From contig OZ024742.1 of the NCBI GenBank assembly GCA_964016885.1, positions 5,456,001-5,520,000 on the forward strand: DNA of 64,000 bases, in the 5' to 3' direction. Shown piece after piece: positions 10,301-25,300 of the stretch. Below the pieces are notes generated by a model. That model searched no databases. It saw nothing but the letters and a program-made list of their open reading frames with translations, and was not told the DNA's origin. Both the position numbers and the translations under genes were made by a program. How positions within the stretch are numbered: position 1 is the stretch's first letter; the number at the start of each line of letters is the position of its first letter. This stretch comes from Eledone cirrhosa. Lineage: Eukaryota.

Positions 10301-13300
10301 TCCTGGAGCTATAATTGTCCTGGAGGTATTATTGTTCTGGAGGTATTACTATTTGTACTGGAGGGATAACTGTCCTGGAGGTATTACTGTCCTCGAGGTA
10401 TAACTGTGTGTCCTGGATGTATATCTTTCCTGGAGTTATAACTGTCTGTCCTGGAGGTATAAATGTCCTGGAGGTATTACTGTCCTGGAGGTATCACTGT
10501 CCTGGAGGTATGACTCTCTTGAAGGTATAACTGTCCTGGACGTATTACTTTCCTGGAGGTATTTCTCTCCTGGAGGTATTACTGTCCTGGAGGTATAACT
10601 GTCCTGGCGGTATAACTGTCCTGGAGGTATTACTGTCCTGGAGGTATTACTGTCCTGGAGGTATCACTGTCCTGGAGGTATGACTATCTTGGAGGTATAA
10701 CTGTCCTGGACGTATTACTGTCCTGGAGGTATTTCTCTCCTGGAGGTATAACTGTCCTGGAGGTATTACTGTCCTGGAGGTATAACTGTCCTGGCGGTAT
10801 AACTGTCCTGGAGGTATTACTGTCCTGGAGGTATTACTGTCCTGGAGGTATAACTGTCCTGGAGGTATAACTATCCTGGAGGTATTACTGTCCTGGAGGT
10901 ATAACTGTCCGGGCGGTATAACTGTCCTGGAGGTTTTACTGTCCTCGAGGTATTACTGTCCTGGAGGTATAACTGTCCGGGCGGTACAACTGTCCTCGAG
11001 ATATTACTGTCCTGGAGCTATTACTGTCCTGGAGGTATGACTGTACTTGAGGTATTACTGTCCTGGTGGTATTACTGTTCTGAAGGTATAACTGTCCTGT
11101 AGGTATAACTGTCCTGGAGGTATAACTGTCATGGAGGTATAAATGTCCTGGAGATATAACTGGCCTGGAGGTAAAACTGTGCTGGAGCTATAACTCTCTG
11201 TTTTGGAGGTATAACAGTCCTGGAGGTATAACTCTCTGTCCTGGAGGTATAACTGTGCAGCAGGTATAACTGTCCTGGAGATATAACTTTCTGTCCTGGA
11301 GGTATAACTGTGCAGGAGGCATAACTGTCTGTCCTGGAGATATATACTGTCCTGGAGGTATAACTGTGCTGGATGTATAATTGTGCTGGAGTTATACCTG
11401 TCTATCCTGGAGGTATAACAGTGCAGGAGGTATAACTCTCTGTCCTGGAGGTATAACTCTCTGTCCTGGAGGTATAACGTCTGTCCTGGAGGTATAACTG
11501 TTCTGTAGGTATAATTGTGCTGGAGGTATAACTGTTCTCGAGGTATAACTATGCTGGAGGTATAACTGTCTGTCCAGGAGGTATAACTGTCCTGGAGTTA
11601 TAACTGTCCTGGAGGTATAAATCCCCTGGAGGTATTGCTGTCCTCGAGGTATTACTGTCCTGGAGGTGTAACTGTCCTGGAGGTATAACTGTCCTGGGGG
11701 TATAACTGTCCTTGAGGTATTACTGTCCTGGAGGTATAACTGCCCTGGAAGTATTTACTGTGCTGGAGGTATAACTGTCCTGGAGGTATTACTGTCCTGG
11801 AGGTATTTACTGTGCTGGAGGTATAACTGTCCTGGAGTATTACTGTCCTGGAGATATTACTGTCCTGGAGGTATTACTATCCTGGAGTATTACTGTCCTG
11901 GAGGTATTACTGTCCTGGAGTATTACTGTATTGGAGGTATTACTGTCCTGGAGGTATAACTGTCCTGGAGGTATAATTTTTCTAGAGGTATAACTGTCCT
12001 GGAGGTATAACTGTCCTGGAGTATTACTGTCTTGGATGTATTACTGTCCTGGAGGTATAATTCTCCTGGATGTATAACTGTGCTGGAGGTATAACTGTCC
12101 TGGAGGTATAACTGTGCTGGAGGTATAACTGTCCTGGAGCTATAACTGTCTGTCCTGGAGCTATAACTGTGCTGGAGGTATAACTGTCCTGAGGTATAAC
12201 TCTCTGTCCTGGGGGTATAACTGTCTATGCTGGAGGTATAACTGTCCTGGAGGTATAACTCTCTGTCCTGGAGGTATAAATCTCTGTCCTGGAGTTATAA
12301 CTTACTGTCCTGGAGGAATAACTCTCTGTCCTGGAGATATAACTGTGCTGAGGTATAACTGTACTGGAGATAAAACTGTCTGTCCTGGAGGTATAACTGT
12401 CTGTACTGGAGGTATAACTGTGCTGGAGATATAACTGCCTGTCCTGGAGATATTGCTGTCCTGGAGGTATTACTCTCTGTCCTGGAGGTATAATTGTGCT
12501 GGTGGTATAATTGTGCTGGAAGTATAACTGTCTGTCCTGGAGCTATAACTGTGCTGGGGGTATAATTGTGCTGGAGGTATAACTCTCTGTCGTGTAGGTA
12601 TAACTGTGCTGGAGGTATAATTGTGCTGCAGGTATAACTGTCCTGGCGGTATAACTGTCTTAGAGGTATTACTGTCCTGGAGGTATTACTGTCCTGGACG
12701 TATAACTGTCCTGGAGCTATTACTGTCCTGGAGGTATTACTGTCCTGGAGGTATAACTGTCCTGGAGGTATAACTGTCCTGGAGGTATTACTGTCCTGGA
12801 GCTATAATTGTCCTGGAGGTTTTACTATTCTGGAGGTATTACTATTTGTACTGGAGGGATAACTGTCCTGGAGATATTACTATCCTCGAGGTATAACTGT
12901 GTGTCCTGGATGTATATCTTTCCTGGAGTTATAACTGTCTGTCCTGGAGGTATAATTGTCCTGGAGGTATAAATGTCCTGGAGGTATTCCTGTCCTGGAG
13001 GTTCTGGTGTCCTGGAGGTATTACTGTCCTGGAGTATTTCTGTCCTGGAGGTATTACTGTCATGGCGGTATTACTGTCCTGGAGTATTACTGTCCTGGAG
13101 GTATAACTTTCCTGGAGGTATAACTGTCCTGGAGGTATAACTCTGTGTCCTGGAGGTATAACTCTCTGTCCTGGAGGTATAAGTGTCTGTCCTGGAGGTA
13201 TAACTGTCTGTCCTGGAGGTATAACTGTATTGGAGGTATAACTGTCTGTCCTGGAGATATTACTGTCCTGGAGGTATAACTGTGCTGGAGGTATAATTGT

Positions 13301-16300
13301 GCTGGAGGTATAACTGTCTGTCCTGAAGGTATATCTGTCTGTCCTGGAGTTATAACTGTCCTGGAGGTATAACTGTGCTGGAGCTATAATTGTGCTGGAG
13401 GTATAACTCTCTGTCGTGGAGGTATAACTCTCTGTCCTGGAAGTATAACTGTGCTGGAGGTACAATTGTGCTGGAGGTATAACTGTCTGTCCTGGAGGTA
13501 TAACTGTCCTTCCTGGAGGTATAACTGTCCTGGAGGTATAGCAGTGCAGGAGGTATAACTCTCTGTCCTGGAGGTATAACGCCTGTCCTGGAGGTATACC
13601 TGTCCTGGAGGTATAACTGTTCTGGAGGTATAATTGTGCTGGAGGTATAACTCTCTGTCCTGGAGGTACTACTGTGCTTGAGTTATAATTGTGCTGCAGG
13701 TTTAACTGTCCTGGAGGTATAACTCTCTGTCCTGGAGGTATAACTGTCCTGGAGGTATAACTGTTCTCGAGGTATAACTATGCTGGAGGTATAAATGTCC
13801 TGGAGGTATTACTGTCATGGAGGTATAACTGTCTGTCTTCGAGGTATAACTGTCCTGGAGGTATAACTGTCCTGGAGGTATTACTGTCGTGGAGGTATAA
13901 CTGTCTGTCCTGGAGGTATAACTGTCTGTCCTGGAGGTATAAATCCTCTGGAGGTATTACTGTCCTGGAGGTATTACTGTCCTGGACGTATTACTGTCCT
14001 GGAGGTATAACTGTGCTGGAAATATAACTGTCCTTGAGGTATTACTGTCCTGGAGGTATTACTGTCCTGGAGGTATTACTGTCCTGGAGTATTACTGTCC
14101 TGGAGGTATTACTGTCCTGGAGTATTTCTGTCCTGGAGGCATTACTGTCATGGCGGTATTACTGTCCTGGAGTATTACTGTCCTGGAGGTATAATTGTCC
14201 TGGAGGTATAACTGTGCTGGAAATATAACTCTCCTTGAGGTATTACTGTGCTGGAGGTATAACTGTCTGTCCTGGAGGTATAACTGTCTGTCCTGGAGGT
14301 ATAATTCTCTGTCCTGGAGGTATAACTGTCCTGGAGGTATAACTGTCTGTCCTGGAGGTATAACTGTCTGTCCTGGAGGTATAATTCTCTGTCCTGGAGG
14401 TATAACTGTCCTGGAGGTATAACTGTCTGTCCTGGAGGTATAACTGTCTGTCCTGGAGGGATAACTGTATTGTAGGTATAACTGTCTGTCCTGGAGATAT
14501 TACTGTCCTGGAGGTATAACTGTGCTGGAGGTATAATTGTGCTGGAGGTATAACTGTCTGTCCTGAAGGTATAACTGTCTGTCCTGGAGGTATAACTGTC
14601 TGTCCTGGAGATATTACTGTCCTGGAGGTATAACTGTGCTGGAGGTATAATTGTGTTGGAGGTATAACTGTCTGTCCTGAAGGTATAAATGTCTGTCCTG
14701 GAGGTATAACAGTACATGAGGTATAAATCTCTGTCCTGGAGGTATAACTGTCTGTCCTGGAGTTATAACTGTCCTGGAGGTATAACTGTGCTGGAGGTAT
14801 AATTGTGCTGGAGGTATAACTCTCTGTCGTGGAGGTATAACTCTCTGTCGTGGAGGTATAACTCTCTGTCCTGGAAGTATAACTGTGCTGGAGTTATATT
14901 TGTGCTGGAGGTATAACTGTCTGTCTTCGAGGTATAACTGTCTTGGAGGTATAACTGTCTATCCTGGAGGTATTTCCGTCCTGGAGGTATAACTGTCTGT
15001 CCTGGAGGTATAACTGTCCTGGAGTTATAACTGTCCTGGAGGTATAAATCCCCTGGAGGTATTATTTTCCTGGAGGTATTACTGTCCTCGAGGTATAAAT
15101 GTCCTTGAGGTATTACTGTCCTGGAGGTATTACTGTCGTGGAGGTATTACTGTCCTGGAGGTATAACTGTTCTGGAGGTATAATTGTGCTGGTGGTATAA
15201 CTCTCTGTCCTGGAGGCACTACTGTGCTTGAGTTATAATTGTGCTGGAGGTTTAACTGTCCTGGAGGTATAACTGTCTGTCCTGGAGGTATAACTGTCCT
15301 GGAGGTATAACTGTTCTCGAGGTATAACTATGCTGGAGTTATAAATGTCCAGGAAGTATTACTGTCATGGAGGTATAACTGTCTGGCTTCGAGGTATAAC
15401 TGTCCTGGAGGTATAACTGTCCTGGAGGTATTACTGTCGTGGAGGTATAACTGCCTGTCCTGGAGGTATAAATCCCCTGGAGGTATTACTGTCCTGGAGG
15501 TATTACTGTCCTGGAGGTGTAACTGTCCTGGAGGAATAACTGTCCTGGGGGTATAACTGTCCTTGAGGTATTACTGTCCTGGACATATTACTGTCCTGGA
15601 GGTATAACTGTGCTGGAAATATAACTGTCCTTGAGGTATTACTGTCCTGGAGGTATTACTGTCCTGGAGGTATTTACTGTGCTGGAGGTATAACTGTCCT
15701 GGAGGTATTACTGTCCTGGAGGTATTACTTTCCTGGAGCTATTAGTGTCCTGGAAGTATAACTGTCCTGGAGGTATTACTGTCCTGGAGTATTACTGTCT
15801 TGGAGGTATTACTGTCCTGGAGTATTACTGTCCTGGTGGTATTACTGTCCTGGAGTATTACTGTCTTGGAGGTATTACTGTCCTGGAGGTATAACTGTCC
15901 TGGAGGTATAATTTTGTTAGAGGTATAACTGTCCTGGAGGTATAACTGTCCTGGAGGTATTACTGTCTTGGAGGTATTTCTGTCCTGGAGGTATAATTCT
16001 CCTGGATGTATTACAGTTCTGGAGGTATTACTGTCCTGGGTATTACTTTCCTAGAGTATTACTGTCCTGGATGTATAACTGTTCTGGAGGTATAACTGTC
16101 CTGGAGGTATAACTGTGCTGGAGGTATAACTGTCTGTCCTGGAGCTATAACTGTGCTGGAGGTATAACTGTCCTGAGGTATAACTCTCTGTCCTGGGGGT
16201 ATAATTGTCTATCCTGGAGGTATATCTGTCCTGGAGGTATAACTCTCTGTCCTGGAGGTATAACTCTCTGTCCTGGAGTTATAACTTACTGTCCTGGAGG

Positions 16301-19300
16301 AATAACTCTCTGTCCTGGAGATGTAACTGTGCTGGAGGTATAACTGTCCTGGAGGTATAACTGTCTGTCCTGGAGGGATAACTGTCTGTACTGGAGGTAT
16401 AACTGTGCTGGAGATATAACTGTCTGTCCTGGAGATATTACTGTCCTGGAGGTATTACTCTCTGTCCTGGAGGTATAACTGTGCTGGTGGTATAATTGTG
16501 CTGGAGGTATAACTGTCTGTCCTGGAGGTATAACTGTGCTGGAGGTATAATTGTGCTGGAGGTATAACTCTCTGTCGTGGAGGTATAACTCTCTGTCGTG
16601 GAGGTATAACTCTCTGTCCTGGAAGTATAACTGTGCTGGAGGTATAATTGTGCTGGAGGTTTAACTGTCTGTCCTGGAGGTATAACTGTCTGTTCTGGAG
16701 GAATAAATGTCCTGGAGGTATAACTGTTCTCGAGGTATAACTGTGCTGGAGGTATAAATGTCCTGGAGGTATTATTGTCCTGGAGATATAACTGTCAGTG
16801 CTGGAGGTATAACTGTCTATCCTGGAGGTATAACTGTCTGTCTTCGAGGTATAACTGTCCTGGAGGTATAACTGTCGTTGAGGTATAAATGTCCTGGTGG
16901 TATTACTGTCCTGGATGTATAAATATCTGTCCTGGAGGTATTACCACCCTGGAGGTATAACTGTCTGTCCTGGAGGTATAGCAGTCCTGGAGTTATAACT
17001 GTCCTGGAGGTATAAATGCCCTGGAGGTATTATTGTCCTGGAGGTATTACTGTCCTCGAGGTATTACTGTCCTGTAGGTATAACTGTGCTGGAGGTATAA
17101 CTGTCATGGAGGTATAAATCCACTGGAGGTATTACTGTTCTGGAGGTATTACTGTCCTGGAGGCATAACTGTCCTGGAGGTATAACTGTCCTGGGGGTAT
17201 AACTGTCCTTGAGATATAACTGTGCTGGAGGTATAACTGTCGTGGAGGTACAACTGTTCTGGGGGTATTACTGTCCAGGAGGTATAACTCTCCTGGAGGT
17301 ATTATTGTTCTGGAGGTATTACTGTCCTGGGTATTACTGTTCTGGAGGTAAAACTGTCCTGGATCTATAACTGTTCTGGAGGTAAAACTGTCCTGGAGGT
17401 ATAACTGTGCTGGAGGTAAAACTGTGCTGGAGGTATAACTCTCTGTCCTGGTGGTATACTGTCTGTCCTGGAGGTATAACTCTCATTCCTGGAAGTATAA
17501 CTCTCTGTCCTGGAGGTATAACTCACTGTCCTGGAGGAATAATTCACTGTCCTGGAGGTATAACTGTCTGTCCTGGAGGTATAACTGTCTGTCCTGGAGG
17601 TATAACTCACTGTCCTGGAGGAATAATTCACTGTCCTGGAGGTATAACTGTCTGTCCTGGAGGTATAACTGCCTGCCCTGGAGGTAAAACTGTCCTGGAG
17701 GTATAACTGTATGTCCTGGAGGTATAACTGTCTGTCCTGGAGGTATAACTGTCTGTCCTGGAGGTATAACTGCCTGCCCTGGAGGTAAAACTGTCCTGGA
17801 GGTATAACTGTCTGTCCTGGAGGTATAACTGTCTGTCCTGGAGGTATAACTGTCTGTCCTGGAGGTATAACTGTCTGTCCTGGGGGTATAACTCTCATTC
17901 CTGGAAATATAACTCTCTGTCTTGGAGGTATAACTCACTGTCCTGGAGGAATAATTCACTGTCCTGGAGGTATAACTGTCTGTCCTGGGGGTATAACTGT
18001 CTGTACTGGAGGTATAACTGTACTGGAGATATTACTGTCCTGGAGGTATAACTCTCTGTCCTGGAGGTATAACTGTGCTGGTGGTATAATTGTGCTGGAG
18101 GTATAACTGTTTGTCCTGGAGGTATAACTGTGCTGGAGGTATTACTATTTGTACTGTAGGTATTACTGTCCTGGAGGTATTGGTGTCCTGGAGGTATTAC
18201 TCTCATGGTGGTATTACTGACCTCGAGGTATAACTGTCCTGGGGGTATTATTGTCCTGGAGGTATAACTGTCCTGGCGGTATAACTGTCTTGGAGGTATT
18301 ACTCTCCTGAAGGTATTAATGTGCTGGAGGTATAACTGTCCTGGGAGGTATTACTGTCCTGGAAGTATAACTGTCCCGGAGCTATTACTGTCCTGGAGGT
18401 AGTACATTCCTGGAGGTATAACTGTCCTGGAGCTATAACTGTCCTGGGGTATTCCTGACCTCGAGGTATAACTGTGTGTCCTGGATGTATATCATTCCTG
18501 GAGTTATAACTGTCTTGGAGCTATAAATGTCCTGGAGGTATTACTGTCCTGGAGGTATTGGTGTCCTGGAGGTATTACTGTCCTGGAGTATTAATGTCCT
18601 GGAGTATTACTGTCATGTCGGTATTACTGTCCTGGAGTATTGCTGTCCTGGAGGTATTACTGTCCTGCAGGTACAACTGTCCTGGAGTTATAACTGTGCT
18701 GGAGGTATAACTGTCCTGGGGGTATAACTGTCCTTGAGGTATTACTGTCCTGGACGTATTACTGTCCTGGAGGTATAACTGTGCTGGAAATATAACTGTC
18801 CTTGAGGTATTACTGTCCTGGAGGTATTACTGTCCTGGAGGTATTTACTGTGCTGGAGGTATAACTGTCCTTGAGGTATTACTGTCCTGGAGGTAGAACT
18901 GTCTGTCCTGGAGGTAGAACTGTCTGTCCTGGAGGTATAACAGTCTTGGAGGTATTACTCTCTGTCCTGGAGGTATAACTCTCCTGGAGGTATAACTGTC
19001 TGTCCTGGAGGTATAACTGTATTGGAGGTATAACTGTCTGTCCTGGAGATATTACTGTCCTGGAGGTATAACTGCGCTGGAGGTATAATTGTGCTGGAGG
19101 TATAACTGTCTGTCCTGAAGGTCTAACTGTCTGTCCTGGAGGTATAACACTGCAGGAGGTATAACTCTTTGTCCTGGAGGTATAACTCTCTGTCCTGGAG
19201 TTATAACTGTCCTGGAGGTATAACTGTGCTGGAGATATAATTGTGCTGGAGGTATAACTCTCTGTCGTGGAGGTATAACTCTCTCTCCTGGAAGTATAAC

Positions 19301-22300
19301 TGTGCTGGAGGTATAATTGTGCTGGAGGTATAACTGTCCTGGATATATAACTGTCTGTCCTGGAGGTATAACTGTCTATCCTGGAGGTATAAATGTCTGT
19401 CTTCGAGGTATAACTGTCCTGGAGGTATAACTGTCGTGGAGGTATAAATGTCCTGGAGGTATTACTGTCCTGAATGTATAAATATCTGTCCTGGAGGTAT
19501 CACTGTCATGGAGGTATAACTGTCTGTCCTGGAGGTATTACCGTCCTGGAGGTATAACTGTCTGTCCTGGAGGTATAGCTGTCCTGGAGTTATAACTGTC
19601 CTGGAGGTATACATCCCCTGGAGGTATTATTGTCCTGGAGATATTACTGTCCTCGAGGTATAACTGTCCTTGAGGTATTACTGTCCTGGAGGTATTACTG
19701 TCCTGTAGGTATAACTGTGCTGGAGGTATAACTGTCCTGGAGGTATAAATCCCCTGGAGGCATTACTGTTCTGGAGGTATTACTGTCCTGGAGGCATAAC
19801 TGTCCTGGAGGTATAACTGTCCTGGGGGTATAAATGTCCTTGAGGTATAACTGTGCTGGAGGTATATCTGTCCTGGAGGTATAACTGTTCTGGGGTTATT
19901 ACTGTCCTGGAGATATTACTTTCCTGGAGGTATTACTGTCCTGGAGTTTTACTGTCCTGGAGGTATTACTGTCCTGGAGGTATACCTGTCCTGGAGATAT
20001 TACTGTCCTGGAGTATTACTGTCCTGGAGGTATAACTGTGCTGGAGGTATTACTGTCCTGGAGGTATTACTGTCCTGGAGGTATACCTGTCCTGGAGATA
20101 TTACTGTCCTGGAGTATTACTGTCCTGGAGGTATAACTGTGCTGGAGGTATTACTGTCCTGGAGGTATAACTGTCCTGGAGGTATAACTGTCTTGGAGAT
20201 ATAACTGTCCTGGAGGTATTACTGTCTTGGAGATATTACAGTCCTGGAGGTATTACAGTCCTGGAGGTATATCTCTCCTGGACGTATAACTGTACTGGAG
20301 GTATTACTGTCCTGGAGGTATAACTGTCATGGACGTATTACTGTCCTGGAGGTATAATTGTCCTGGAGGTATTACTGTCCTGGAGGTATAACTGTTCTGG
20401 AGGTATTACTGTCCTGGAGGTATAACTGTTCTGGAGGTATTACTGTCAAGGATTATAACTGTCCTGGAAGTATTACTATCCTGGAGGTATAATTGTCCTG
20501 GAGGTATTACTGTCCTGGAGGTATAATTGTCCTGGAGGTATTACTGTCCTGGAGGTATAACTGTTCTGGAGGTATTACTGTCCTGGAGGTATAACTGTTC
20601 TGGAGGTATTACTGTCCTGGAGGTATTAATGTCCTGGACGTATAACTGTCATGGAGGTATTACTGTCCTGGATTTATTACTGTCCTGGAGTATTACTGTC
20701 CTGGAGGTATTACTGTCATGGAGGTATAACTGTCCTGGAGGTATTACTGTCATGGAGGTATTACTGTCCTGGAGGTATAATTGTCCTGGAGGTATTACTG
20801 TCCGGGAGGTATTACTGTCCTGGAGATTTTACTGTCCTGGGGGTTTACCTGTCCTGGAGATATTACTGTCCTGGAGGTATAACTGTGCTGGAGGTATTAC
20901 TGTCCTGGAGGTATAACTGTCCTGGAGGTATAACTGTCCTGGACGTATAACTGTACTGGAGGTATTACTGTCAGGGATTATTACTGTCCTGGAGGTATTA
21001 CTATCCTGGAGGTATAACTGTCCTGGAGGTATTACTGTCATGGAGGTATTACTGTCCTGGAGGTATAATTGTCCTGGAGGTATTACTGTCCTGGAGGTAT
21101 TACTGTCCTGGAGATTTTACTGTCCTGTGGGTATAACTGTCCTGGAGGTATTACTGTCCTGGAGTATAACTGTTCTGGAGGTATTACTGTCCTGGAGGTA
21201 TAACTGTCCTGGAGGTATTACTGTCCTGGTGGTATTACTGTCCTGGTGGTATAACTGTCCTTGGATGTCTAACTGTCCTTGAGGTATTACTGTCCTGGCG
21301 GTGTTACTGTCCTGGAACTATAATTATCCTGGAGGTATTACTGTCCTGGAGGTATAAGTGACCTGGAGGTATAACTGTCCTGGAGGTATAACTGTCCTGG
21401 AGATATAACTGTCCTGGCGGTATTACTGTCCTGTAGGTATTACTGTCCTGGAGTATAACTGTCCTGGAGGTGTTACTGTCCAGGAGGTATAACTGTCCTG
21501 GCGGTATTACTGTCCAGGAGGTATAACTCTCCTGGAGGTATAACTGTCCCGGAGATATTACTGTCCTGGAGATATAACTGTCTTGGCGGTATTACTGTCC
21601 TGGAACTATAATTATCCTGGAGGTATTACTGTCCTGGAGGTATAAGTATCCTGGAGATATAACTGTCCTGTTGATATAACTGTCCTGACGGTATTACTGT
21701 CCTGGAGGTATAACTGTCCTGGAGGTGTTACTGTCCAGGAGGTATAACTGTCCTGGCGGTATTACTGTCCAGGAGATATAACTGTCCTGGCGGTATTACT
21801 GTCCAGGAGGTATAACTGTCCTGGCGGTATTACTGTCCAGGAGATATAACTGTCGTGGCGGTATTACTGTCCAGGAGATATAACTGTCCTGGCGGTATTA
21901 CTGTCCAGGAGATATAACTGTCCTGGCGGTATTACTGTCCAGGAGATATAACTCTCCTGGCGGTATTACTGTCCAGGAGGTATAACTGTCTTGAAGGTAT
22001 TACTGTCCTGGAGGTATAACTGTCCTGGAGGTATTACTGTCCTGGAGTATTACTGTCCTGGAGGTGTAACTGTCCTGGAGGTATTACTGTCCTGGAGGTA
22101 TAACTGTCCTGGAGGTATTACTGTCCTGGAGTATTACTGTCCTGGAGGTATAACTGTCCTGGAGGTATTACTGTCCTGGAGGTATAACTGTCCTGGAGGT
22201 ATTACTGTTCTGGAGGTATTACTGTTCTGGAGGTATAATTGTCCTGGAGGTATTACTGTCCCGGATTATTACTGTCCTGGAGGTATTACTATCCTGGAGG

Positions 22301-25300
22301 TATAACTGTCCTGGAGGTATTACTGTCCTGGAGGTCTTAATGTCCTGGAGGTATTACTGTTCTGGAGGTATAATTGTCCTGGAGGTATTACTGTCCTGGA
22401 GGTATAACTCTCCTGGAGTTATTACTGTCCTGGAGTATTACTGTCCTGGATATATAACTCTCCTGGAGGTATTACTGACCTGGAGGTATTACTGTCCTGG
22501 ATGTATTACTGTCCTGGAGGTATAACTGTCCTCGCGGTATTACTGTCCTGGAGGTATTACTCTCCTAGAGGTATAACTGTCCTGGAGGTATAAATGTCCC
22601 GGAGATATTACTGTCCAGGAGCTATAACTTATTGTCCTGCAGGTATAACTGTCCTGCAGGTATAACTGTCCTGGAGATATAACTGTCCTGGAGGAATAAC
22701 TGTCCTGGAGTATTACTGTGCTGGAGATATAACTGTTCTGGAGGTATTACACTCCTGGAGGTATAACTGTCCTGGAGGTATTACTGTCCTGGAGGTATAA
22801 CTCTCCTGGAGTTATTACTGTCCTGTGGTTTAACTGTCCTGGAGGTATGACTGTCCTGGATATATAACTCTCCTGGAGGTATAACTGTCCTGGAGATATA
22901 ACTGTCCTGGTGGTATTACTGTCCTGTAGGTATTACTGTACTGGAGGTATAACTGTCCTGGAGGTGTTACGGTCCAGGAGGTGTAACTGACCTGGAGGTA
23001 TTACTGTCCTGGAGTATTACTGTCCTGGAGTATTACTGTGCTGGAGGTATAACTGTCCTGGTGGTATTACTGTCCTGGAACTATAATTATCCTGGAGGTA
23101 TTACTGTCCTGGAGGTATAACTGTCCTGGAGGTATAACTGTCCTGGAGGTATAACTGTCCTGGAGATATAACTGTCCTGGTGGTATTACTGTCCTGTAGG
23201 TATTACTGTACTGGAGGTATAACTGTCCTGGAGGTGTTACGGTCCAGGAGGTGTAACTGTCCTCGCGGTATTACTGTCCTGGAGGTATAACTCTCCTAGA
23301 GGTATAACTGTCCTGGAGATATAAATGTCCTGGAGATATAACTGTCCTGGTGGTATTACTGTCCTGGATGTATAACTGTCCTGGAGGTATTCCTGTCCTG
23401 GAGGTATAACTGTCCCGGAGGTATTACTGTCCTGGAGGTATAACTGTCCTGGAGATATTACAGTCCTGGAGGAATTACTGTCCTGGAAGTATAACTCTCC
23501 TGGAGTTATTACTGTCCTGGAGATATTACTGTCCTGGAGTATTACTGTCCTGGAGGTATAACTGTCCTGGAGGTATTACTGTCCTGGAGTATTACTGTCC
23601 TGGAGGTATTACTGTCCTGGGGTATACCTGTCCTGGAGTATTACTGTGCGGGGGGTATAACTGTTCTGGAGGTATTAATGTCCTGGAGGTATAACTGTCC
23701 TGGAGGTATAACTGTCCTGGAGGATTTACTGTCCGTGAGGTGTTACTGTTCTGGAGGAATAATTGTCCTGGAGGTATAACTGTCCTGGAGGTATAACGGT
23801 CCTGGAGGTATTACTGTCCTGGAGCTATTACTGTCCTGAAGGTATTACTGTCCTGGAGGTATAACTGTCCTGGAGGTATAACTGTCCTGGAGATATTACT
23901 GTCCTGGAGGTATAACTGTCCTGGAGGTATTACTGTCCCGGATTATTACTGTCCTGGAGGTAATACTATCCTGGAGGTATAACTGTCCTGGAGGATTTAC
24001 TGTCCTGGAGATTTTACTGTCCTGGGGCTATAACTGTCCTGGAGGTATTACTGTCCTGGTACTTTAATTATCCTGGAGGCATTACTGTCCTGGAGGTCTT
24101 ACTGTCCTGGAGGTATTACTGTCCTGGAGGTATTACTGTCCTGGGGCTATAACTGTCCTGGAGGTATTACTGTCCTGGAACTATAATTATCCTGGAGGTA
24201 TTACTGTCCTGTAGGTATTACTGTCCTGGAGGTATAACTGTCCTGGAGGTGTTACTGTCCAGGAGGCATAACTGTCCTGGCGGTATTACAGTCCAGGAGA
24301 AATAACTGTCCTGGCGGTATTACTGTCCAGGAGGTATAACTGTCCTGGCGGTATTACTGACCTGGAGGTATAACTCTCCTAGAGGTATAACTATCCTGGA
24401 GGTATAACTGTCCTGGAGATATAACTGTCCTGGCGCTATTACTGTCCAGGAGCTATAACTGTCTGTCCTGGAGGTATAACTGTCCAGGAGGTATAACTCT
24501 CCTGGAGATATAACTGTCCTGGCGGTATTACTGTACAGGAGCTATAACTGTCTGTCCTGGAGGTATTACTGTCCTGGAGTATTACTGTCCTGGAGTATTA
24601 CTGTCCTGGAGGTATAACTGTCCTGGTGGTATTACTGTCCTGGAACTATAATTATCCTGGAGGTATTACTGTCCTGGAGGTATAACTGTCCTGGAGGTAT
24701 AACTGTCCTGGAGGTATAACTGTCCTGGAGATATAACTGTCCTGGTGGTATTACTGTCCTGTAGGTATTACTGTACTGGAGGTATAACTGTCCTGGAGGT
24801 GTTACGGTCCAGGAGGTGTAACTGTCCTCGCGGTATTACTGTCCTGGAGGTATAACTCTCCTAGAGGTATAACTGTCCTGGAGATATAAATGTCCTGGAG
24901 ATATAACTGTCCTGGTGGTATTACTGTCCTGGATGTATAACTGTCCTGGAGGTATTCCTGTCCTGGAGGTATAACTGTCCCGGAGGTATTACTGTCCTGG
25001 AGGTATAACTGTCCTGGAGATATTACAGTCCTGGAGGAATTACTGTCCTGGAAGTATAACTCTCCTGGAGTTATTACTGTCCTGGAGATATTACTGTCCT
25101 GGAGTATTACTGTCCTGGAGGTATAACTGTCCTGGAGGTATTACTGTCCTGGAGTATTACTGTCCTGGAGGTATTACTGTCCTGGGGTATACCTTTCCTG
25201 GAGTATTACTGTGCGGGGGGTATAACTGTTCTGGAGGTATTAATGTCCTGGAGGTATAACTGTCCTGGAGGTATAACTGTCCTGGAGGATTTACTGTCCG